Source of the DNA: Octopus vulgaris
Taxonomy: Eukaryota
DNA: 64,000 bases
Assembly (NCBI GenBank): GCA_951406725.2
Contig: OX597814.1
Coordinates: forward strand, 79,608,001 to 79,672,000
Reading direction: 5' to 3'
Under the pieces are notes generated by a model. The model saw only the letters and a list, made by a program, of their open reading frames with translations. It was not told the DNA's origin and ran no database searches. How positions within the stretch are numbered: the first letter of the stretch is position 1; the number at the start of each line of letters is the position of its first letter. Shown here piece by piece: positions 55,129 through 64,000 of the stretch. Made by a program: the position numbers and the translations under genes.

Positions 55129-58095
55129 TTGCGTACGCTCTTTTTCTTTGCTCGTAAACGCGGGGAACACATTAACAGGACAAAGATCCCGTTCCTGAGA
55201 GACTTTGTTGCATGCAATCAAGCCTTATGCATAGCACTTACAGAAACGCACCTGAAACCGGACATAGCAGATGCGGAGTTACACATACCACAGTATGCTG
55301 TACTACGGACCGACAGGAAAGAAAGGAGTCATGGAGGTGTTGCTATGTACATCCGTGAGGACCTCACACCCCAGGTCCTCTTGTCATACTCAAACTCGGT
55401 GTGTGACACACTAATTGTACATATTAGGCAACTTGATGTAGTTGTGTGTGCTACATATCGCCCTCCAGATGCCCCAAGCCATGTGGGCAAGTTCGAAGAC
55501 TGCCTTATAAAAATAGAAGAAATTCTAACCACATTAGAACAACACATAGGTGTGCTTCTTATGGGAGACTTCAATCTGCCCAATGTCAGATGGCCCGAGG
55601 GCCTTTCTCTCCCAGGAATGACAAGATGTGAACGAGGACAGGCGAGGTCCCTCCTGAACCTCATCAACACCCTGTACATGGAGCAGGTAATACTCCAACC
55701 AACCAGGGCAGGTAACACACTGGATCTCTGCTTCACAAATGACATGGATCTCATCCATAATGTGAAAGTGACACCGACACTACTCTCGGATCACAACATG
55801 ATAGAGCTGACCATGTACGGGCCAAAAGAGAGCACGGACATGCAGCCTACAAGAAACCCTCAAAATCTTTCCAGCTTGAACTACCATAAGGCAAACTGGA
55901 AACAAATTGAGAAAGAGATCCTCAAACAAAACTGGCCTGAATGTCTCTCCTCGCCAGACATCGATGTGAAACTTCAACAATTCATGTCTGTAATGCAAGC
56001 CATATGCTACAAATGTGTCCCAGAGAGAAAGGCCACTGTACACAAGAACAAAATCCCCAGAGAGAGGAAAATTTTAATGAGACGGCGTACGAAATTTTCA
56101 AATCGCCTAAACAAACAGATTGAAAGCAGTGAAAAGTCCCGCCTAAAAATAAAACTGTTGGAAATCGAAAAATGTCTGCAACTCTCCCATGAAAAAGAAA
56201 GAGCAGACAAAGAAGCCTGGGCTATAGAAAACATAAAATCTAACCCCAGAGCTTTCTACAGGTATGCCAAAGAAACAGCTACAGTGCACTGTAGAATAGG
56301 GCCACTCCTTGAAAAGGATGGCAAACTTACAGGAAAACCAATGAGGGTAAGTGAAATACTGAATGAGCAATTCAAGAGTGTTTTCACTCCACCCCTTGGG
56401 CATCTCCAAATCACCAATCCAACTGACTTTTTTACCACTGCAGATATAAAATCAGAGGCGGCGACGATAGATTACATCGATATAAAGGAAGACGATGTAA
56501 CCAAGGCTATAGATGAAATGAAAACAGACTCAGCTACTGGCCCCGATGGATTCCCGGCAATCCTCCTAAAAGCATGTAAGAGAGTCCTAGCAAGACCACT
56601 GCAGTTCCTCTTTCAGAGCTTCCTTGCAGCTGGCAAACTTCCAGGAAAACTGAAGGAAGGTAAAATATGCCCCATTCATAAAGGAGGTAGCAGAGCGGAA
56701 GCCAAGAACTATAGACCTATCTCTCTGACCTCACACATCAGCAAGGTCATGGAACGAATAGTCAGAAGGAAGCTGATCACCTTCCTTGAAGAGAATGACC
56801 TGCTGCCCGACACCCAACATGGTTTCCGACCAGGGAGAAGCTGTTTAACTCAGCTCCTACAACACTATGACTGGGTGCTGAAACGGCTGCTCAACCACTC
56901 AAATGTGGAAGTGATATATCTCGACTTTGCAAAGGCCTTTGATAAAGTCGATCATGGAATGATATGTCACAAACTGCGTGATCTCAACATAGTTGGAAAA
57001 CTGGGAGAATGGCTTCATGACTTTCTGAAGGATAGAAGTCAGGTGGTAGTAGCCAATGGGGCCACCTCCATTAACACACAAATAGTGAGCGGTGTTCCGC
57101 AGGGCACTGTTCTGGGACCACTACTGTTCATAATGGCCCTCTCAGACATGCCCTCAGCCACACAGAGAGCCACGATCACAAGTTATGCAGATGATACAAA
57201 AGTCTCACAGGCAATACAGAACCCTGAGGACACTAAACACCTGCAATGTGAGCTGGACGAAATATACAAGTGGGCTGAAAAGAATAGCATGCAGTTCAAT
57301 GCTGGAAAGTTTCAAGCTTTATACTATCAGCATGCAAAACTGAATGCAATACCCAATGAATACACTGGACCCGGAGGGATTGCAATCCCAGAGGCACAAT
57401 CAGTGCGTGACCTGGGTATTCACATGAGTGATGACGCGACCTTTCATGTACATGTTGCTAAACTGACAATGAAATGTAGACGGCTGGCTGGATGGATTCT
57501 TAGAACCTTTAGAACAAGAGAACAAGAAACCATGATGGTCCTCTGGAAGACACTTGTCCTAAGCCACTTTGACTATTGCTCTCAGCTATGGTCACCATCC
57601 AGTGTCAAGTTGATCACAGAACTTGAGGCGATCCAACGAAGCTACACAAAGAAGATAGCCTCTATGCAGAATGTAAGCTACTGGGAAAGACTCAAGAGAT
57701 TAAAATTATATTCCCTGGAGCGTAGGCGGGAAAGATATGCCATAATATACATCTGGAAGATCCTGGAGGGAAGTGTCCTGAACTTTGGCATCGAGAGTTA
57801 CGCAAATGCCAGAACTGGGCGCCACTGCGTGGTGCCTAGGACTCCAAGCCTGCCATCAAGATGTAGGACAAGATTCTGTGATAGCCTGGGCTTCCGAGGC
57901 CCACAGCTCTTCAATATCCTCCCGAAGAACCTGAGAGACCTGCATGGGGTGGATACAAATGTCTTTAAAATGAAGCTGGATCTCTTCCTGTCAGGTGTCC
58001 CAGATGAACCAACTTCACGGCAGGAGGGGCAGATGAGGGCAGCTGCATCGAACTCTCTCATGCACCAAATAGCAGTTGCTAGAAAGCCTCCATGA
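55129..58095 (+). CDS. CR1-type LINE ORF2: APE endonuclease plus reverse transcriptase, uninterrupted but probably 5'-truncated
   Basis: 988-codon ORF with ALTETHL, GGVAMY, GDFNLP, SDHN, GPDGF, NYRPISLTS, QHGFR, YLDFAKAFDKVDH, GVPQGTVLGPLLF, YADD, DLG and LERRR; the start is a TTG in flanking DNA. Confidence 0.93.
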   Translation: MRTLFFFARKRGEHINRTKIPFLRDFVACNQALCIALTETHLKPDIADAELHIPQYAVLRTDRKERSHGGVAMYIREDLTPQVLLSYSNSVCDTLIVHIRQLDVVVCATYRPPDAPSHVGKFEDCLIKIEEILTTLEQHIGVLLMGDFNLPNVRWPEGLSLPGMTRCERGQARSLLNLINTLYMEQVILQPTRAGNTLDLCFTNDMDLIHNVKVTPTLLSDHNMIELTMYGPKESTDMQPTRNPQNLSSLNYHKANWKQIEKEILKQNWPECLSSPDIDVKLQQFMSVMQAICYKCVPERKATVHKNKIPRERKILMRRRTKFSNRLNKQIESSEKSRLKIKLLEIEKCLQLSHEKERADKEAWAIENIKSNPRAFYRYAKETATVHCRIGPLLEKDGKLTGKPMRVSEILNEQFKSVFTPPLGHLQITNPTDFFTTADIKSEAATIDYIDIKEDDVTKAIDEMKTDSATGPDGFPAILLKACKRVLARPLQFLFQSFLAAGKLPGKLKEGKICPIHKGGSRAEAKNYRPISLTSHISKVMERIVRRKLITFLEENDLLPDTQHGFRPGRSCLTQLLQHYDWVLKRLLNHSNVEVIYLDFAKAFDKVDHGMICHKLRDLNIVGKLGEWLHDFLKDRSQVVVANGATSINTQIVSGVPQGTVLGPLLFIMALSDMPSATQRATITSYADDTKVSQAIQNPEDTKHLQCELDEIYKWAEKNSMQFNAGKFQALYYQHAKLNAIPNEYTGPGGIAIPEAQSVRDLGIHMSDDATFHVHVAKLTMKCRRLAGWILRTFRTREQETMMVLWKTLVLSHFDYCSQLWSPSSVKLITELEAIQRSYTKKIASMQNVSYWERLKRLKLYSLERRRERYAIIYIWKILEGSVLNFGIESYANARTGRHCVVPRTPSLPSRCRTRFCDSLGFRGPQLFNILPKNLRDLHGVDTNVFKMKLDLFLSGVPDEPTSRQEGQMRAAASNSLMHQIAVARKPP

Positions 58096-58190
58096 AGTGA
58101 AACCAAGTAACAACACCAAATGGCGGTGCCCCAGCATGGCCACAGCTCATAAGCTGAAACTAGAATCAATCAATCAATCAATCAATCAAT
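58096..58190 (+). mobile_element. LINE 3' UTR with stem-loop and (AATC)n tail
   Basis: GGCGGTGCCCCAGCATGGCCACAGCTCATAAGCTGAAAC followed by (AATC)n. Confidence 0.85.
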
Positions 58191-58967
58191 TAAATATTCA
58201 GTCCTGAATTAAATGTCATATTCCTACAATGCTTGCATGTTCACATATATATATGTATATATATTAATATATAGAACCCTGATACTTAAAATTTGAATAT
58301 ATTATTTGAAGCGATACACTTTAGAGACCACACGTAGACAACCAAATAATAATAGCAGATATAGCTCTAATCAACACTAAATAAGTCCATACAACAAATG
58401 CGGGAACTGTATTTTGTGTCCGGTAATGCTTAGAAGAGGAGAAAATAGATACATAATTAAACACTATGAAACAAAACACATATCAAATTTACATAAATTT
58501 GCATGTATTGCCTAGCCTTTATAAATTAATATTATGAGTATATCGGAGAAATTAAATGTCTATTTGATGTGAATTTTTGTCAATATATTTTCAAAATCAA
58601 CAATAAAAATTAAAATCATCCGGTAAAACATATAGAAATAGGGATCTGTAATTGGCAAAAATTATGATAACAGGAGAAGGATCATGAAATATCAATTTAT
58701 TATTTAGTTTCAAATTATTAACCGCGACACACACACACGCACAAGCAAGCAAGCACATATACGCACACACCCCTACTTGCAAGCACACACACACTCACAC
58801 ACACACACACAAACACAGAGAGGCACATATATACATACGGCATCGCACCCATCTCTAAGTTGCACGAAGCATTCACATAACCATAAACATTTATTCTCAG
58901 AAATAAATTGAATTGGCATCATAAATTAATTTCTTCTGCATTGTGTGTATGTGTGTATGCGTGAGTA

Positions 58968-59057
<90 letters not shown>

Positions 59058-59062
59058 TATAA

Positions 59063-59106
<44 letters not shown>

Positions 59107-59153
59107 TTATATATATATATATATATACATATTTATATATATATATATATATT

Positions 59154-59223
<70 letters not shown>

Positions 59224-60101
59224 CACGTGTGTGCAAATCTGTGTAAGTTCCTTATGTCTGTATGAGTAATTACAATTATTTTCTTATGTTCATATTAAAA
59301 AATAAAATAAAATGGTATAACACAACCCCCTTCTCTGTTAACGAAAAGAAATTTACTAGGCAACAACATAGCATTGAAATATATATGTATATATTTTTGT
59401 AATATACAAGAACACATTTTGCCTATTTAGAATGTCATACTTGGAAAATACACTTTGCTATAGTGAGTTTTCATGTTCACAATAATATTACTTCCGTCGG
59501 GTACCACAGAAACATTCTCGAAACTTATAAATCAACTTCCTATTTTCTACTGAAACATGAACACTCACGCACATGCAAACCTGTGCGTTCACTCACGTTC
59601 ACACCACACGTTCAAACGTAGAAGCACAGACGCACACACACTTACACACGCATACACGCACACACATACACACAGACAATATGGTTCTCCTCTCTCTCAA
59701 TATGAGTGTGTATGTGTATATATATATGTATGCACATAATATACATACATACACGCGCACATGTTTATGCACACACACACTGACACAAAGACACTCACAC
59801 ACACACACACACTTATAACTGCTCTCCTTCTGTGTAATTTCCTACATTCCATTTGGTTACCCTAGCAATCCCGCTATTTGTTTCTTTAAGTTCTTTTACG
59901 ATTCTATGCACAAACATATCCCACACAATTCTGATTACGTAATGTATGTGTTTCATTGATATATGTGTGACTGAGTGGTTGTGTTCATATATACATACAT
60001 ACATAGATACACACACACATATACACACATATATATATATATAAACTTACTTGGAAACGGATGCGTTCATTTAAATAATAATATAATACACACACACAGA
60101 G

Positions 60102-60166
<65 letters not shown>

Positions 60167-60168
<2 letters not shown>

Positions 60169-61022
60169 TATATGGGTACAGTATGTCACCAGCAGTAAAC
60201 AGCATGAAATACAAAAACAAATAAATCAAATACGCAAACAACAAGAGAAAAAAATGGAAGACAGGACAAGTAGCACAAAGAACGACCCTTAATCATTTGG
60301 TGGCTGTCTATCTACTTCTCATTTCGAGCATTGAACGTCAATATGAGTCTTCGAAGACAGTTGCTCCCATAAATACCAAACTAAAATTTTTAATTTATGG
60401 AGGCTTAAAGTTGGGAACAAAAACAGGACAGTGGAGATATACAAGTACACCGAACGAAAAATGACACTGAGTAAAGAGAGAGACATTCCCTTTTCTCCCC
60501 ATCACCGTTTTCTATCTGTCTCTCTTTCTCCCTCTTTCTCTTTTGTCGCTCTCGTTGCTCACACGTGATCATCATCCATCTTTGTTTTCCTCGCGTAAGC
60601 ATCTTTCTTTTACTCCAGGACGTCCAAAGAACTGGACGTCTTCTATATCTCTCTCTTTTCTCCTTTCAAAGAAAATATTTCTCTAGCGTTCGCTATTTTA
60701 CCCTCGTTCTACTCTAGCGACCCTCCATGTTTGTTTTCGTTCAATTTCCTTGTATGTCTTCACTCTCCTGCTTTTGTGCCCAACTTTCACCCTTCATAAA
60801 TCCAAAATTTAATTTTGGTATTTATGGGAGCAACTGTCTTCGAAGACTCATATTGTCGTTCAATGCTCGAAATGAAGAGTAGGCAGCCGACAACTGATGA
60901 AGGGTCGTTCTTTGTGTTACTTGTCCTGTCTTTCATTCTTTCTCTCGTTGTTTGCATTTTTAACTCATTTGTTTTCGTATTTCATGTTGTTTACTGTTGG
61001 TGACGTCCTGTGCCCATATATG
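60167..61022. mobile_element. ~860-bp fold-back element in (TA)n with HHR-like remnants
   Basis: Arms ~60167-60440 / ~60760-61022; CTGTC-TTCGAAGA...CTC-GAAA...GTA-GGCAG and CTGATGA-AGGG..CTTTGTGTTACTTGTC, the latter similar to the 49685 loop. Confidence 0.8.
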
Positions 61023-61026
61023 CATC

Positions 61027-61101
<75 letters not shown>

Positions 61102-61139
61102 ACTGACAAATACATGTATATATAAGTATATATATGTAT

Positions 61140-61670
61140 GGTGGCTGCCCCCTCGTTATCGAGTATGACCATTGCACGAAGCTTAATCAATGTTGTTATC
61201 GTGCAATGCCTGTGCAAGAAGATTTTTTTTAAAGTGAAGAAAGGCTGTGCACTGAGTCAATCCCACTCACTAAGCAACAACAGCCATAATTCGAAAAGAA
61301 GAACAAATCAACATCATCGGTAACCACTGGGCCACAGGTTTTATGTCGGAGCTATCCCAGTTACCTGAGTTACCTTCTCCTTGAAGGATGCCCTAACAAA
61401 GGCTAGGAGTCCTTCACTCCCAATGGATTAACTGTGCAATCGGGTATTCAGTCTGATTATTTCTATGTCCCCGCGCATGATACAGCCTGAAGACATTTAT
61501 TGGATGGCCGTTGACTCTCAAGAGTTCCTCCACCCTTTGACAGGTTTTGTTTTTCATCCCGCAGGGTGTCCAATAAACACCCTCCTCACCAAGCAAGCTT
61601 GGTGGGGTTGCCGGTTTAGTCGCCGACGACCCGACCATGCAACAGGTTGTACTGGGTTACATGTTACCAG
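61140..61670 (-). mobile_element. non-autonomous RTE-related SINE-like element
   Basis: Shares its 5' leader with 35455 and its body with 17455-17990. Confidence 0.75.
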
Positions 61671-61711
61671 TATATATATGTATATATACATACATACCAG
61701 TATATATATGT

Positions 61712-61774
<63 letters not shown>

Positions 61775-62299
61775 TAGATAGATAGATAGATAGATATATA
61801 TATAAGTAGATGTGTAGTTTGTATATATGTATACATAATATTTTATAAAATTTTGATTATTATTTCTCTGACGTCCGAGGTTCCGTTAGCTACGAAACAT
61901 ATTTAGCCTTGATTTTATCTACTCCTTTCTATAATTTTTGAATACACACACATACACATATGTATGTAAATGTAGATATATACGTGTATACACACACACA
62001 TATATCATATGTACGTTTTGAAAGAGCGAATACTTAAAACAATATATTGTATAATATATGAAGATGATTCATACTAATATATGTTACACAATCGTTACTC
62101 TACTTTATGTTCAGTGCGGGCGTGGGTGCAATTTAAATGGTAGACGGATAACATTTTCACTTCTCAGAAAATTCCTCATTTATTCATACGCTAAGCTAAT
62201 GCATTCATTCATTCATTCATTCAGTCATCCATCCATTTATACATACATACATACATACATGCGATTTACTCAGGTTTAAAATGTGACATTGTTTTTGTT

Positions 62300-63310
62300 A
62301 TCTACCTTCCAACGATGGAGCTTTGCATGTTTGTTAGAAACCAGCTTCTCCTTCAAAGGAAGAATTTAAATAATTAAAAACAGAGAACATATATATAAAC
62401 ATTCATACATAGACGTACAAACTCGCAAGCTGCTCGGTATTACTAGAAACTTCAACATCAATAGAAAATTAGACAGGCTATATCTCCCATGCAAGGATGG
62501 CGACAGTGGTCTTAAATCTGTATTAATATCATTTGAAGCAGGTATCATGACACTGAAGCAATATCTGCAGCAAAGGAAAGAGACCAGTAAATATCTTGGC
62601 CAAGATTTCGAGCAGGAAATCGGCAGCATAATTAGGAGAGCTAGTGAACTTAAGGAGAGGCATGAAATATGAACTGATGCAGATCTTTCCCTAAGGATAA
62701 TTGGTAAATTTTATTTATCAGAAGAACAAAATATAAAAATGGACAAATTCACTGAGAGTGTATTGCATGGATACTGGGTACGAAAGACGCAAGTCATAGA
62801 AGGTATTGATGATATCAAAATCTTAGTATAGAGTGCCGACAATTTTATGACATCCCACTTTGAAGGTTACCTCCATGCAGTTTAAGACAAGAAATCACGT
62901 CCAACTACTACCATCAAACACATTATTGCCAACTGCGAGAACATGTATTCTAGATATTACTTTTCAAAGAGGCATGATGCGGTGATGCGGTGACCAGAAT
63001 AATCTGGAACAGGATAAGATAAAAGAAAGTATTAACAGAGGAAGTTTTCTTTATTGAGACCGATTGTCAAAAGAATATTGGTGGAATATAAACATTAAAA
63101 CAGTTACTAAGTTAAACACAACCGGACAGATATTGCGATGTGGGACTACGAGAAAAATAGATGATTTGTTGTGGAAATAAGGTACCCACTGTGCACAAAT
63201 AGGGCCATATAAATACAGGGGTAAGAATAAAAATCTATGGGCCTACGCAAAAAATATTTATAGTTTTATAACTATTATTATTGGAGTAATAGGATTTGTA
63301 TTAACCCGCT
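62300..63310 (+). mobile_element. decayed R4/Dong-type retrotransposon C-terminus (restriction-like endonuclease)
   Basis: DRLYLP..DG..GL, LHG, HIIANC, RHD, KHNRTDI...VEI.YP and IIIGVIG across frameshifts. Confidence 0.75.
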
Positions 63311-63556
63311 CGGAAAAAATTATGGATTTTCACACACACACACGCACACACACACATACACACACACACACACACTCACACACACACACACACACACACA
63401 AACGTATGTAAGTATATGTGTGAGTATATTTGTCCTCTAGAAAACCAAAGTTGCATGGAGCCTAATGAAATTCTTACTAAAAGACATATGTAACCTCTAT
63501 GGAATTTGTTGAGCACTACTTTCTTTCATTTTTCCACTCTCTCATATATATATATG

Positions 63557-63627
<71 letters not shown>

Positions 63628-63832
63628 CTGTAGGTGCATTTTTTTAATGTGTGCAAATAACAAGGACAAATTAAATAAATAATTACCAGAGTAGCAAAAA
63701 TTCACATAAGTGCCAAGAATATCACAGCCTACTTATAAAGGTAGAAATTCCATGGTCAAGTGAAATGTTTTTGAATAACATGGTTAAATTAAGAAAAGTA
63801 GTCAAACGCAGGTGTTATTCAAATCATTTATA

Positions 63833-63921
63833 TTTCCAGCATATGTTTCGAAGAAAGCATTGAGATTAATCCGGAGGGAATAAAAATGATGTAAAATAAT
63901 GCAATAATCTCGTCAGGGAAA
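63833..63921 (-). ncRNA. type I hammerhead with extended stem II (triplet mutated)
   Basis: Minus strand TTTCC-CTGACGA-GA..GCATT...AATGC..TC-GAAAC-ATAT-GCT-GGAAA, inside an element that abuts (TA)n at ~63627. Confidence 0.7.
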
Positions 63922-64000
63922 GAATGGAACAAAATACATCAATAAACCATTTTAACTGAATGAGATTACCGTGTATATGATAAAGGGGAACGCTAGCAAG

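Noticed and set aside
55329-58169. Antisense and alternate-frame ORFs within the LINE
   Set aside because: Shadow ORFs of ORF2 with no independent motifs
61868-61908. CTGACG...GAAACATAT HHR-like remnant (similar at 46680-46735 on the minus strand)
   Set aside because: Too degenerate or truncated to support

Overview
AT-rich, microsatellite-dense eukaryotic intergenic/intronic DNA. The SINE families look like those of coleoid cephalopods, probably Octopus; this is an inference and no search was run. No host protein-coding exon, tRNA gene or CRISPR array can be supported, and most listed ORFs are microsatellite artefacts. The window is a transposon mosaic: a near-intact CR1-type LINE ORF2 (55129-58095), a decayed full-length RTE, R4/Dong-type, mariner, MULE and Penelope-like (GIY-YIG) remnants, hAT and pogo-type MITEs, four SINE families and a 5S rRNA pseudogene. 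The main unexplained signal is about 15 hammerhead-ribozyme (HHR) motifs read by eye on both strands. Most lie in small non-coding fold-back elements with a shared layout, (TA)n - arm - loop - inverted arm - short tail - (TA)n. These include a 362-nt tandem unit with a rod-like fold and palindromes carrying an HHR on each strand. They look like a diverse Penelope-derived or retrozyme-like system that targets TA microsatellites. Coordinates of degenerate repeats are approximate.
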